Source of the DNA: Vicugna vicugna
Taxonomy: Eukaryota
Assembly (NCBI GenBank): GCA_013265495.1
Contig: MU058718.1
Span: 1 to 64,000, forward strand
Reading direction: 5' to 3'
Length of the DNA stretch: 64,000 bases
Positions within the stretch are counted from its first letter, which is position 1. Every line of letters starts with the position of its first letter. The notes beneath the pieces were generated by a model that was given only the letters and a program-made list of their open reading frames with translations, searched no databases and was not told where the DNA came from. The position numbers were made by a program, and so were the translations under genes. Shown here piece by piece: positions 1 through 13,261 of the stretch.

Positions 1-102
1 CACGAGGTCATGGGTTCAATCCCCAGTACCTCCATTAAAAAATAAAATAGATAAACCTAATAACCTCCCCCCCAACAAAATTTAAATAAAATAAAAATAA
101 AA
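1..102 (+). mobile_element. tRNA-derived SINE (camelid Vic-1-like), 3' part
   Basis: B-box-like GGTTCAATCCC, then CAGTACCTCC, AT-rich AATAAA/AAACCTAAT region, C-run and A-rich tail; same body as other copies in the window. Confidence 0.85.
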
Positions 103-384
103 TGTGAGTGTTAATTTATGTATAGGATTCCCTTACTTATTATATCTTTTTGTCATTAGCATAAATAATGAGCATAAAGATAACACTAAATTAAATCAGA
201 AATATTAAATTGGCTGCCAGCCAGCATTAGGTAAACTCTTCTAACCAAAAAAATATAATATTGAAATACATACATTTTGTCCAAGTACATCTAGCAATTG
301 AAAGAAAAAATCTTTAAAGGATCTTTGATTCTTGATTTCATGATTTTATATGCTTCCTTCTAAGGATTTCTGTTAAATATTGAA

Positions 385-520
385 TTTGCAATCACAGAAC
401 CTAGTTTTGTTCCCCAGCTCTGCTCCTTTTTGCTCTGTGACTTTGGACAGGTCACTTCACTTCTCAGACCTTTCATTTCCTCTTTCATTAATTAAAGATA
501 AGAGTACTTTGCTTCACAAT
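385..520 (+). mobile_element. MIR fragment
   Basis: CCCAGCTCTGC...TGTGACTTTGGACAGGTCACTTCACTTCTC MIR core-like; apparent continuation near 1680-1730. Confidence 0.65.
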
Positions 521-521
521 T

Positions 522-1356
522 ATCAGAGAATACAAATCAAAACTACACTGAGGTATCACTTTACACAGTTCAGAATGGCCATCATTAAAAAGGCCACAAA
601 CAATAAGTGCTGGAGAGGCTGTGGAGAAGAGGGAACCCTCCTACACTGTTGATGGGAATGTAGTTTGGTACAGCCACTGTGGAAAACAGTATGGAGGTTC
701 CTTAAAAAAACTAAAAATAGACTTACCATGTGATCTAGCAATCCCACTTCTGGACATGGATCTGGAGGAAACTCTAATTCAAAAAGATACATGCACCCCA
801 ACATTCATAGCCACCCTATATACAACAGGAAAGACATGGAAACAACCTAAATGTCCATTGACAGATGATTGGATAAAGAAGTTGTGGAGTATACATACAA
901 TGGAATACTACTCGGCCATATAAAAGAATGAAATAATGCCATTTGTGGTAATGTGGATGGACCTAGATGTTATTATACTAAGTAAAGTAAGTCAGAAAGA
1001 GAAAGAAAAATACAATATGATGTCATTATATGTGGAATCTAAAAAAAATAACACAAATGAGCTTATTTATAAAACAAGCAGACTCACAGACGTAGAAAAC
1101 AAACATGATTACTGAAGGGGAAAGGGGTAAGGTGTAATAAATTGGGAGTTTGGGATTTGCAGATACTAACTACGATATGTAAACTAGATAAGCAACAAGA
1201 TCTTAATGTATAGCACAGGGAACTAATTCAATGTCTTGTAATAACCTATAATAAAGAGACTATGAAAAGGAATATTTATATGTATAACTAAATCACTATT
1301 CTGTACACAAGAAACTAACACAACATTGCTAAATCTGCTGTACTTCAATTAAAAAA
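522..1356 (+). mobile_element. LINE-1 3' fragment (ORF2 C-terminus + 3'UTR), cetartiodactyl type
   Basis: Frames encode L1 ORF2 C-terminal motifs ([39 protein letters not shown]); 3'UTR TGTATAGCACAGGGAAC; ends TACTTCAATTAAAAAA. Confidence 0.95.
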
Positions 1357-1374
1357 TCAATCAATCAATCAGTG

Positions 1375-1670
1375 AAGCATTACTAAACCATGTCTAGAAA
1401 CAGAAAATTGGCAACACTCCAGAAGGCCTTCCCTGGTATACCATTTCAGTTACTACTTCCACCCTCCTCTCCACTATCTTGACTTGTGAATATATAATTA
1501 AATATTGCCTTTTTGAATTTTATATGAATAAAGCCATACAATATACACTCCTTTGAGTCTGGCTTTGTAGCCAACAGTATTTGTGAGATCCATCCATGCT
1601 GTATGTAGTTGTAGATCATTCATTCCCATTGCTATTTATAGTACAATAAAATATACTACAATTTTAGAAA
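1375..1670 (-). mobile_element. old L1M 3'UTR fragment
   Basis: GAATTTTATATGAAT...GTCTGGCTTT...GAGATCCATCCATG pattern typical of antisense L1M 3' ends. Confidence 0.6.
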
Positions 1671-3365
1671 GACACTTGGCTCAAAGGATTAGTGTGAGAA
1701 TTAAATGAGATTATGTATTTTTAAATATTTTTAAACTATAAAATGGTATATAACTTTTATTATAAACAAACACCTTATTACATGTTCTTACTCAACATAA
1801 AAAAAGACATTCAACCTTAATTATACTGAATGATAACTACTATATTAGCTACTTTTCATATAATGTATGTAATTGGTAATGCTAACAACAATCAAGTAAA
1901 ATGTAATTGCACTCATTTTACAGTGGAGAAAGCGGGCTCAAAAAATCAGGTAACTTGCCTAGACCAAATGGCTAGTAAGGGGCAAAGCTGAGTCTGAAAC
2001 TCCAAAATCCAAGCTTCTTCCAGTCTACCAGACTACCCCCCACATGCCAACAGGCTAGGTTATAACTTGTTTTTACAGCATAAAAAAAGAAGATTTGAGG
2101 ACTTTCCTTTCGCCTCAAGCCAAATCACATTTATCCCCACCAGATAGGTAGAAATTGTTCTTATCTAAAAACTTTAAATATAATTCAACATTCTTCTTCA
2201 AACAACTATTTCAGTGTTTAATATTTACTGACCCTCACTGTTGTGTAATTCTTCTATGTTCTGAATTCAATCTTGGACACAGTTTTAACTGCACATTCAT
2301 TGTTGAAAAAAAAAACATTTGGTAAATACAAATAAATAAATAGAAGGAAGTTTTAAAAAAATACCCGCCCTGAGACTCACATGCAGAGATGATCCAGGTA
2401 ATATTTTAAAATTTCTTCCATTCTTAAAAGCTATGCATATTTTTATTGTAACCATGATTGTAAATACCAAATGAAGTAACATGCAAAAATTTTAGATAAT
2501 GTTCTGGTTTTTAATATCTATGTTTTCTGACTTTAAGATTAACTCATGAAGTTGGCGAGACTATCACATATTTTAAAAGACAAACCAAAGAACTGTGGTA
2601 AGTTATCCTTGATTGGATCCTCTTGCAAAAAAATGTTACAAAAGATATTCTGATTACAAATTGGAGTTATTTAAGTATGGACTGGGTATTGGATAATATT
2701 AAAGGACTATTGTTAATTTTTGAGGGTATACTAATATATGTGGTTGCAGTATATAATTATATAGACTACCCATATTTTTCAGAAACACCTGTTGAATTAT
2801 TTTGGAGTAAAACTCATGATGTCTATAACATATTTTCAAATGATCCAGCCAAAATATGCATAGAGAAAGGCAATATGTAAAAATGTCAGCAACTGTTGTG
2901 TCTAAGAGGTAGGTGTACAGGTGTATATTGCACTGTTTTTCAACTTTTCTGTATGTTTGAAATTTTTCACAATAGAATGCTGAGGAAAAAATCCAAAAGA
3001 GACATATGGTTGTTGTAGACAATTTTCAGGAAACAGAAAAATGTGAGGATAAAATCTGTGTGGTTTTAAACTATTTTGTATCTTTTGTGAGGATCCCATT
3101 TCTCCATAAATACATGAAGAGTTCGTTAAAATCATCCTTGTGGTTTTCTCCTTTCTCTAATCCAGTTATTCCCAGGTCTTGTTTTTCAGTTCTCTCCTCA
3201 TCTCTGCAATCCTCTCTTAACATTTTTCACAGCCCTCTTTAATAGTGGATGCTACGCTTTTACTAATAAGAGACCTAAGTAACGTGCAGGGTAAAAGAAG
3301 ATTAAGTGACAAGATTTATTTGTTTACTAAGTTAGATCAGTTGATTAGTATTAACTATTAAATGA

Positions 3366-3881
3366 GGCCTAAATAAAAAATGTGGTCAACATGCAGACTG
3401 CTTAGTATCACATAAAGAAAAAAAATTACTCTCTCACACTGTTGCCTGTACAAACTTCACTCTAACCAGCCAAGTTGAAGGGATGAACCTTGGCCTGAGG
3501 AATCAGGCAAGAGAACATGAGTATTTCAGCATAAACCATCACCGCTGCTGCCCAAAATTCTTAAGAGTGTGACCTGGTGAGGGCAAATCCGTAGCAAGAA
3601 ATCAAACCAAGTCAGCAATATTTGCAACATACACAGCATCATGTTAGGTTTTGAATATAAAACGTGCATTTGAAAATTTGTGTCCTCCAGAATGGTGCCT
3701 GCTTTTTAAATCAGACTGCTATTTGCTTGCTCATATTCAGCTCTTCATGATAACTCTTAGATCCCAGCCAGTCCTTGCCCAGTGTTTTTCTTCTCCATCA
3801 TTTGACAACCCTGTAACTATCCTTTCCCAGGCTTTGTTCCATTTATTTCTGACCATGTCTTCAATTACCAATTTCCTTTGA
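3366..3881 (+). pseudogene. candidate fossil coding segment A of unidentified decayed gene
   Basis: One frame, 172 codons, 2 internal stops (GLNKKCGQHADCL...QVEGMNLGLRNQAREHEYFS...*PGEGKSVARNQ...*VLNIKRAFENL); no repeat recognised. Confidence 0.35.
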
Positions 3882-4675
3882 TCTGGGTGAACAATTTTTA
3901 AAAACCACCTTTTGGTACTTCCATATATTGTTTTGGAAATTTTATGAGAAAGATAAACAGACTGCAAGCTTCAGTACAAATCATTATTCTGTGAAGGCTG
4001 TAGAATAATTCCTCTGGAGGCTGACTGTCATGACACACAGCTCTGGATGCCAGCCCTCTGGGCCTCCGCAGAGGCCTCAGTCCATCAGCAATGCCCTTTC
4101 TGCCTGTATCTTCAGCCTTTCTGTCTCTATCAGCCATTAGTGCATTCAAGGATCTCTCCACTTAAAGGAGGCGGAAAACAATTCCTTCAAACTCCAGACC
4201 GCCCATCAACCCCATCCCCTACAAAGCCAGGTTTTTGATTGATTGGATAAGGTGCAACTTACTTGACTGTATTGTCACTACCCATTCACTCACTCCTTAT
4301 ACTCCAGTAACCTGCTTCTGCACCCACAACTTGACTCTGAAACGCTTCTCCTCAAAGTCACCAATGACCTCCCTGCTGCTAACTTCTCTCTGTCATGTGA
4401 CACTGCTGATTACTTCTCAAAAGGCTTCTCTTTCCTTGACCTTGGTGACCTCACCCACATGGCTCTTCTGCCCTCTCTTTTCCTCCTCTCTAGCCTTAAG
4501 CTTCTTCTCAGTCTGTTTTTGAGTTTGTCTTCTCTGTCACTTCTGTGTTGATGTTCCTCAGGGTTCCAGCCTTGTCCCTTTGCAGTACCTCCCTGGTCTT
4601 ATATTATAATCTGTATTCTGAAGCAAAGCCCAAATTGCTGCATTTTGCAATGCCTACCACTAAGGAAAAGGCATC

Positions 4676-5129
4676 TGTATTAGTCAGAATTCTCCAGAGA
4701 AATAAAACCATGTGGGGAGAGAGAGAGAGTGAGGGAGAAAGAGAGAGAGAGAAGAGCAATTGATTGATGTTAAGGAATTGGTAAACTATTCATTCACATG
4801 ATTGTGGAGGCTGACAAGTCCAAAATCTTGCAGGTGGGCAGGCAGGCTGGAGACCTAGGGAAGAGTGAACATTGCAATTCAAGTCCCAAGGCAGTCTGCT
4901 GGTAAAATTCCCTCTTCTTTTGGGGAGGTCAGATTTTCTCATTTAAGGCCTTCAACTGATTGAATGAGGCTCACACACCTTATGGAGAATAATCTGCTTT
5001 ACCCAGAGTCAACCGATGAAAATACTAATTTCACCTAAAAAATACTTTCACAGAAACACCTAGAATAATGTTTGACCAAATATCTGAGTATCGTGCCCAG
5101 GTCAAGTTGACACATGAAATTAACCATCA
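4676..5129 (-). mobile_element. MLT2 (ERVL) LTR with internal (GA)n
   Basis: TGTATTAGTCAGAATTCTCCAGAGAA ... GTTGACACATGAAATTAACCATCA are the MLT2 termini in antisense. Confidence 0.85.
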
Positions 5130-5149
5130 GGGTATCTTTGGATTCTGGA

Positions 5150-5787
5150 GGCAACATATACCACATTTGGGTCTGCTACTCTAACTCATTTACTGGGCAA
5201 CTAGTTATGCTAATTTTGAGTAGGGCCCAAATCTGGAAGGAACTCTGTAGTAGGTCTAAGGACTGTGTGCCGTCTTGTCAGTTGAGCCCTGGACCCAGAA
5301 GACCCAACAGTGAAGATGAGGATACTATGTAAAGCCATTGGCAAGTCTCAATGGGAGAATCATAGTGCAGACTTCTAGGTTTGGGGATATGCTGAATGCC
5401 ATTATCCTCTAATCAACTGAGCACCTGATCGTGGAACACCAACCGACCAGGTGACCTGAGCTGCCTATTGTGAATTGGGTGTAATCTGACCCATCAACCC
5501 ATAAATGTTGTCATTGGAAAGGTTGTTCATCATCAAAAAAATATGGTTTATGTGGTTTATGTAAGATCTAGCTTAAAAAGGTTCTGAAGGCACAAATGAG
5601 TTTTAAAAAAAAAGAGCCATACACATTGGTAACCAATTCAGAGTACATATTCCATCTTGTAGAAGAGCATCTTAATATTGCAAGACATTGTCTCTGTCTC
5701 TCATTTGTTACCAAAACTGGGTCTTCGCTAGCCATTCCATTCCAACTATTCTATAATGTCAGCTACTTCTAGTAAATCCCTTGCCTC

Positions 5788-5824
<37 letters not shown>

Positions 5825-7030
5825 GAAATAAGTCTCTTTGTCAGAATAATGTGTGGGATTCTGTGACAGTGAATAGGCATTCAGTAAGTAGACAGATGAT
5901 GATGGCAGAAGCTTTGTATGCAGGGAAAATTAATCCATATCTAGAATGAGTGTCTATTCTAGTAAGGACCAATCAGTCCTCCCTTCAAGATGGAAGGTGT
6001 TCAATAAAATCAACCTGCTGTCTGATGGCTGCTATTCCCCCCAGTGTATGATGTCATACCAGGGTTCAGTGTAGGTTTCTGCTGTTTGTAGTCTGGGCAC
6101 TTAGCAGTGGTGGTAGACAGATTAATCTTGGTGAGAAGAAGTTCATGTGTTTGAATCCTGTGTAAGCTCCATCTCTGCTACTACCACCTGACTTATGAGC
6201 TCACTGAACAAATTGCAGGTTGGCTGAGGAAAGACATTGGTATATCCTAGGGGCCCATCTTGCCTACCTGATTATAGTGAATTGCAATCTTATGCCCTAG
6301 CTGAGCATTTTCATGGGAAAGAAATACCCTTAAATTCTATGTCCATTATTAAGTGAGGACATCCACGTGCCTCTTTCCCAAACCTTCTTGTTATCAATTC
6401 TCCAATCTTGTACCTTCCAAGTCCCTGACCTCCAGCCCATGAATTTATGTAGATGTAAATATATAAGCATCTCTCCTTCCAGGAAAAGTGCATACCAGAT
6501 GTATGGCTTGATTTTCTGCCCACTGGGAAAATTTATCCTCCTCATAGTTCTCCAGGGCCACCCCTGAATGGGGTTGTGATTCTAAAGCAGTTTACCTTCA
6601 GCTGGTACCCACATGTTGTTACATCCCCAAACCAGGCTCAATTTTTTTCTTGTTTGATTAGGTGGAATTTCTTATGAAACAATAGGTGTGAATGAAGGAG
6701 AGGTGGCACTGGCATAGATTGTGTGGAAATCTTTTTTTTATTTAATCCCACAGACAGAGTGTATAGGTACAGAAACCAAGGGGAAGAAGTCAGAGTGGTT
6801 CTTCTCATTATTCAACTAATTATCTGCTTACAAAAATTTTGCTTCTGATCTCCACAGCTTTAGAGGTCTTAACTCCCAAAGGAAGAAGGCTTCTACCAGG
6901 AGACACAATGTAATTGTATTTGAAGTGAAAATTGAGGCTTCCATCTGCCTATTTTGTGTTTTCTCAAGCTATTGAATGAGAAGAGGGATACATTGTACTG
7001 ATTGGAGTGATGGAGCTGTACTCCCAATGG
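5150..7030. mobile_element. ERVL internal (pol) fragments in mixed orientation
   Basis: About 5230-5600 resembles ERVL pol in sense (GACCCAGAAGACCCAA, GGGAGAATCATAGTGCAGAC); about 5690-6660 reads RNaseH/integrase-like on - (NSW...W...DWRI.NKKVWERGTWM). Confidence 0.7.
5789..5819. repeat. poly-T tract (~31 nt)
   Basis: Directly visible. Confidence 0.95.
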
Positions 7031-7061
7031 GATCTGACTTCTGCTAGGTTTTGTCATAACT

Positions 7062-7172
7062 CAGGTGACCAACTTGTACCAGTTTGCCTGAGATTTTCCC
7101 AGTTTTATCACTCAAGGTCTCCCATCCCAGGAAACACCCCAGTCCCAGGCAAACTGGGATAGCTGGTCACTC
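7062..7172. mobile_element. hAT-Blackjack non-autonomous element (MER81-like)
   Basis: Inverted termini CAGGTGACCAAC...GCTGGTCACTC; internal CCCAGGAAACACCCCAGTCCCAGGCAAACTGGGA. Confidence 0.7.
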
Positions 7173-7743
7173 AACTATATTCCCTGAGACATTGAAGGCA
7201 TTCAGCAAATTTGCTTTAGAGTAGATCTTGTTTATGTCAGGCTAAACCCATACCTACCCTCACAAAATATTTCCTTGATGACACACAAACTTATTTTGCA
7301 TCCCAGAGAGAAATGTCTGATGCTAACGTTGGCTTGCCCCTTCATTTGCTCACTTCTCCTCATAAACATTATCTTCAATGTTTCACATGTCTTTAGGGAC
7401 AGTTATGCTTCCTTGACAAGTTAAAGAGAAAACCCTGGATGTCATGCTCATTTATGCCCTTTACTCATATTTTCACGTATTTTCCAGGACATGAATGTAG
7501 TACTTTGACTTGTATCTTTTTTGTGAATTTTCACTAACCTAATTTTTCTAGCACTATGGAAAATTTATGTTAGATCTGCAAGAGATCATAGAAAGCATCT
7601 AATCCAACCCAAATATTTCATGTTTATTTGCAATGCTTTGTTATTTAAAATTTATTATTTTTGTTTTAGTTTAGTTTAGTTTATGATTTGTCATGCTCAC
7701 CAAGCATTCATTTCTTTAGCTGACCAAAAATTATACTTACACA

Positions 7744-8331
7744 TTGAATCCAACAAGTAGTTTATTTTTTGCTTGTATGATTGTGAGCTCTGACTTTCCA
7801 AACCTAGAAAAAGCTCAGTGTTCTTTAATATCCCATCAGAAATCACTACTCAATGAGGGCTTGTTGATGAGGGACCCTGGTCTTCTAAGTATTGAACATC
7901 AGTCTCATTTTCTATTGTGTCTGGATAATGACATCAGTGATTGTCAGATCTGTTTGCAGATGGAGCTGGCTTATAGCACCAATCACAGAGTAGAACTCAA
8001 GATAAAGTTGTTTTTTTTTTTCATTTCATGTCAGAAGCAACTGAGGTAGAACAATACGCTCCCACAAAACCTCCATTGGTACTACTATCAATCAAATAAT
8101 GGGACAAATAGATCACTAGTCTTGTGTTATATTCTTACGAATCAGCTCTAATCTTTCAAGGATAGCAATAAAGAAAAGCAGAATTTGCAGAAACAATGAG
8201 CTGCAAATTTACATACTAACCAAGAAATTTTCGTCGTGCTTAGAAACTCATGCCAGGGTTTGTCAGTTTACCTCCTATAAAATTGCCAGGAGAGGAGATT
8301 TCTACTGTCAGCTCAAAGCCAGTGAAAGTTC

Positions 8332-8363
<32 letters not shown>

Positions 8364-8787
8364 TTACCGCTTTTTCCCTTCTTTGACTTTAAAATTTACT
8401 TTTTATAACTTTATTTTCTTCAACTGAGTGCACTGGGACTGTTATAGGAGATCTGAATTCCCGTTAGTTCAGGAGATTGAAAAGAAACCAAATTACAGAA
8501 GCATAAAGGTCAATAGCAACAAACTCCATTCAGCTTCCAGCCTGACAATAGAGGATATAATGTCAAGATTAGTGAAAAGCTCAGATCCAAGCACTGATAC
8601 TCCAGTTGAAAGTTCAATGAATACTTTTGTCAAAAGTTGTTTAGAATTGAGAAAAGAGAAATAACACGTATCTCTGAAAAAGAAAAAAAGATGTTTTGAT
8701 TAGAAGAAGTATAAATCAACAGCTGAAGCATCACACAAAGCATCAGGTTTGAATGATTCCCAAATTTTTTCCCATTTCTTTTCATAA
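7744..8787 (+). pseudogene. candidate fossil coding segment B
   Basis: ORFs 7744-8049 and 8428-8664 share a frame; 348 codons with 8 internal stops (8047, 8149, 8197, 8278, 8323, 8425, 8662, 8701); S/K/E/N-rich peptide. Confidence 0.45.
8332..8362. repeat. (TGT)n microsatellite
   Basis: About 10 units. Confidence 0.95.
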
Positions 8788-8869
8788 TTCTTGTAGTTAA
8801 TCTTGTCCCATCAGTTGTAGGAGTCTATCGTAGGTGGCAAACAATTTTTAAATGGCTTCAAAGCAGAAA

Positions 8870-9205
8870 TCAAATCTAGGACAGAACTGCAAGATCCTTT
8901 AGTAAGACGTCAGAGAGGTTTAAGGTGATGTCTCATAGATTCTCTCAGACAGACAGAAGGACTTCTCAAGATTTTAAGAGTGTATCATACAGACTGTCTC
9001 TGTTTAAGCAGTGGGGCGTCTAAGAATCTAAGGCCGTTGTCCCACAGCAACTTCACAAGGAGTCCAAGGTAGATAAAAGCTTATTTCAAGAAGATTTGTC
9101 TGCCTGGCTTTTATATAATGGAATAGATTATAAGTTAACACTCAGGAAGTCCACAGAGTTTTAAAAGTAATTATATCAGCATGATCTGAAAAAGACAGAG
9201 ACCTA
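8870..9205 (+). mobile_element. MLT1 internal sequence fragment
   Basis: CCTTTAGTAAGACGTCAGAGAGGTTTAAGGTG...TTGTCCCACAGCA...CCAAGGTAGA resembles MLT1-int. Confidence 0.65.
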
Positions 9206-9564
9206 TAGCACCTGCCAGGCCTTTACCGGCATTTCTCAAAGTGTAGTCCACAAATTATCTGTGATCCACATCAGAACTACTGGTCTGAATTCTGGGGGAG
9301 GAGGGATATCCAGGACTTAACGTTTTTAATACGTAATATTTGTGAATGTTGAAGTTTGATATCCACCTTAAACAGACCTACTTACTTATTCCTAAATAAA
9401 TTATTCTTGTGGCACTGCTTTCAATTCCCTCATGTTGGAATATCACCGCCTTCCATTCCTCACATAATATCCATAGTTTAAATTTTACACATTCTATCCT
9501 TTCTGTAAATAGTGGTGGATAAATTGGACAAGGAAAATGTGATGCCTGTCTCACACTATATACA

Positions 9565-11345
9565 CACACAAATTAATTTAAAATGGATTGTAGCCCTAAA
9601 TATGAAAAGATAGTACTTTTAGTAGAAAACATAGGAAAATACCTTTATAATCTTGAGGTAGACAAAAGTTTATTAAGTAAGAGGAAAAAGTATACGCATA
9701 AAACAAAAAGTTAAAAATTGCACTTCATTAAAATGAAGAGCTTCTTTTCATCGAAAAACACCAGTAAGAGATTGGAATGCAGGGTAGAGCTGGGAGAAGA
9801 TGTTTGCAATACATGTATCCAGCGAAGTCTTTGTCTCTAGAATTTGAAAAGAGCTCCCATAACTCTGAAAGGAAAAGGCAGACATCCTATTTGTTTTTAA
9901 TGGACAAAATACCGAAATAGGCACTTTACAAATGATTTTATCCAAATGGGCAATAAGCATATAGAAATATGTCCAATATAACTAATCATCAGAAATCTGC
10001 AAATTAAAGCTACACTGAGCAACAAATAAGAATTAAAGATATTCAATGTTATTAAGTCATTAGGAATTGCTAATTTAAAACATAATTAGATCCCACTACA
10101 CACCTGATTGCTAAAATTAAAAATTCTGACAATACCAAGCAGTGACAAGGATACTGAGCAACTGAAACTCATACATTGCCCGTGAGAATGCAAAAATGGT
10201 ACACTGTTTTAGAAAACAGCTTGGCAGATTTTTATAAAATTAAACATACCCTTACCATATGTATTGGTTTGCTAGGATTCTCACAATAAAATTCCATAGG
10301 CTGATTGTCTTAGACAATAGAAATTAATTTTCTCACAGTCTAGACGCTGGAAGTTCAAGATCAAAATGTCAGCAAGTTTGAATACTTCTGAGGACTCTCT
10401 CCTTGGCTTGCAGTTGGCCACCTTCTTACGGGGTCCTCGCATGGTCTTTCCTCTGTGCACTTGTGCCCTTATCTCTTCTTATAAGGACACCGATCATATT
10501 GGATTAGGGCCCATTCTAATGACCCCATTTTAACTACCTCCTCATGAACTTACATAATAAACATAAGTATCTAATTTAAAAAAAAGAAAGATGAAGAAAG
10601 GACTAATGATTACCACTACACCCCCTTTAGAATGGCTAAAGAGAATACTAAATGTTGGCAAGGATGTAGAGCAACTGAAAGAAATGCTTTACCTTGGTGG
10701 TGGGAGTATTAATTGGTACAAACACTTTGGGAAATTTACAGCACTTAAAGATAAACATATTTGTACTCTACAACTCAGAAACTCCACTCCAGTAAATATA
10801 CCCAACAGAAATGAGTGTATATATCCACCAAAAGACATGCACAAAAAGATTCAAAGGAAAAACTAGAAACAACCCGTATGTCCATCAACAGTAGAATGGA
10901 TTAAAAAACAATGTAGAGTATTCACTTAGTGAAATACTATAAAGCAATAAAAAAAACCAAACTACTATTACATGCAACCATATGGATAAATCCCATAGAC
11001 ATGACATTGATTAAAAGAAGCTGGACACAACAGAGTACATATTATATCATTCCATTTATATGAAATTCAAGAGCAGGCAAAACTAATTTATAGTGATACT
11101 GGTCAGAACAGTGGTTATCTTTTGGAGTGGGGCAGCATTGACTAGAAAGGGACATAAAGAAGCCTTCTAGTAAGTTAGGAATGTTCTGTATCTTTTTCTT
11201 CCCCAGCTTTGTTGAGGCAGAATGTCCTGTCTTGATCCGAGTGGTAGTTACACTGGTATATACATATATAAAATTTCAATGAGCTGTTATTTCATTGCTA
11301 AGTTAGGTGTTTTCCTACACCTGTGTTATACTTCAATATGGGGGA
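9565..11345 (+). mobile_element. old L1M ORF2 end / 3'UTR fragments, interrupted by an MLT1 LTR
   Basis: AAATGGATTGTAGCCCTAAA, GCAAATTAAA, GGATGTAGAGCAACTGAAA, TGTCCATCAACAGTAGAATGGAT, TTCCATTTATATGAAATTCAAGA motifs. Confidence 0.8.
10260..10545 (-). mobile_element. MLT1A/B-type MaLR LTR
   Basis: TGTATTGGTTTGCTAGG...TTCTCACAGTCTAGACGCTGGAAGTTCAAGATCAA...ATTGGATTAGGGCCCA. Confidence 0.8.
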
Positions 11346-11594
11346 AAAAAGTAAAAACAAAACAAAACTGTACCAATCTTTCCAGTGGGGGAAGTCGAAG
11401 GGGATATAGAAGAAACAAGGCTGGTCATTGTTGCTAATTGTTAAAGCTGTGTGAGCCGTACACTGAGGTTCATTAAATTCTCTCCAAATTTTTTTTCCAC
11501 TGAAGGGAAATATTTTATCCATTCTTATAGGCCCATTTCAAAGCCACTTCATATAGGAAGCTACAAGATTTTCTTTCTTCCTTTGAACTTCCAA

Positions 11595-12345
11595 AGTGTT
11601 TTGCTTGATCAGTGGAAACTCTCTTTACCAGCCTCCACTTAACTCGTTCTCCAAACTTAGTGGCTCTCTCCATTCTCTGTACTATGCACTGCCTTGTAAC
11701 ACTTTGCCTGTAGGCTACACACTCGTACACCCAAGCACATCTATGCCCATGATTGTATATGCTCACCAAGGATCAAATATTTTCTCCCAAACTTATTCAT
11801 GTCAGATTTCTGTTACTGTATTTACATGATTTAATCAAATGCTGAGTGCAAAAAGAGCTTTTTATTAAAACTATGTTCATTACTTTAGAAAGAGATGGTA
11901 AAGGCAAATAGCTAGAAACTTTAATGTCAAATTAAGTATGTGTATAACTCTGTGAATTATCTTAAAACCCACTAAATTGTACGGTTTATAGTTGTAAAGT
12001 TTATGGTGTGTGAATTATATCTTGATAAAGCTGTTATAAAAAATTAGGAGTGGGTGAGATGACTACAAAAGATTGAAAGCACTGAAAAAAATCTAAAAGA
12101 CCTTTGCAATTATATGCAAATGTCTTCAATTTCTCATTTATCTTTTAATAAATGGAAATCATAGACAACAATTTTGAGTGTGATTAAAGCAAGAAAAACA
12201 ATATAGAATGTCAATCAACAAACTTATACTCAAAGAAATCTTGGCCCTACGTCAAACTACTGGTGGATGGATGCACACTGAAATGGTTTTAGGCTAAAAT
12301 AAAATATTTAAAAGATTAATGTATTTTTTGTTCCTTTCTTGTTGA
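11595..12345. mobile_element. Tigger13a-like TcMar DNA transposon remnant (with small L1 insert about 11940-12040)
   Basis: CAGTGGAAACTCTCTTTACC start; TTAGGAGTGGGTGAGATGACTACAAAAGATTG; CTCAAAGAAATCTTGGCCCTAC. Confidence 0.55.
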
Positions 12346-12379
12346 TTCCATATATATTGTATATACTTAATATGTATAA

Positions 12380-13261
12380 ATTTTATTGAGATATAATTCT
12401 TAAACCATACAATTTACCCATTTAAAGTATTGAAACCAATTGTTTTTAGTGTATTGAGTTGTGTAACCATTACCACAATCAACTTTAGAATATTTTCATC
12501 ATCCCAAAAAGAAATCCTGTACACATTAGCAGTCAATCCCCATTTCCCTCAAACCCTCCTGCTCCTGAAAATTATAACCTATTTCCTGTCTCTATTGATT
12601 TGCTTACTCTGTACATTTCATATGAAAAGAATCATACAAAATGTGATCTTTTGTGACTGGATTCTTTCACTTAGCATAAGGTTTTCAAGGTTCATCCATG
12701 TTACAGCATTAATCAGCACTTCTTCCCTTTTTTGGCTGAATGATAGTCCATCTTATGAACATACCACTTTTATTTATCCATTTATCAACTAATGAACATT
12801 TGAGTTGTTTCTGGTTATTATGAATAATGCTGCTATGAACATTGTGTACAAATTTTGTATAGACATGTATTTTCATTTCTCTTGGGTATATAACTAAGAG
12901 TGGCATTACTAGGTCATATCGTAACTCTGTTTAATCTTTAGAGAAACTGTCAAACTGTGTTCTGTAACAGCTCCATTATTTTATCTTCCTACCAGTTGTA
13001 GATGAGGGTTCCAGTTTCCCCATATCCTCAACAACACTTGCAATTATCTCTCCTTTTTATTACAGTTATCCTAGTGGGTATGAAGTGGTTATCTGTGGTA
13101 TTTCATTGTAGCTTTGATTTGTATTTCCCAATAATTAATGACATCGAGCATTTTTTCATATACCTTTTGGCTATTTGTATGTCTTTTTTGGAGAAATGTC
13201 TGTTCAAGTCCTTTGTGCATTTTTTAATCAGATTATTTGTTTTTTTGCTGTTGAGTTGTAT
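12380..13261 (-). mobile_element. L1MB-like 3' portion
   Basis: Antisense L1 3'UTR and ORF2 end; - frame [36 protein letters not shown]. Confidence 0.9.

Noticed and set aside
380..923. ORFs as host genes (also 12430-13582, 19528-19900)
   Set aside because: They are L1 ORF2 fragments or antisense L1 frames
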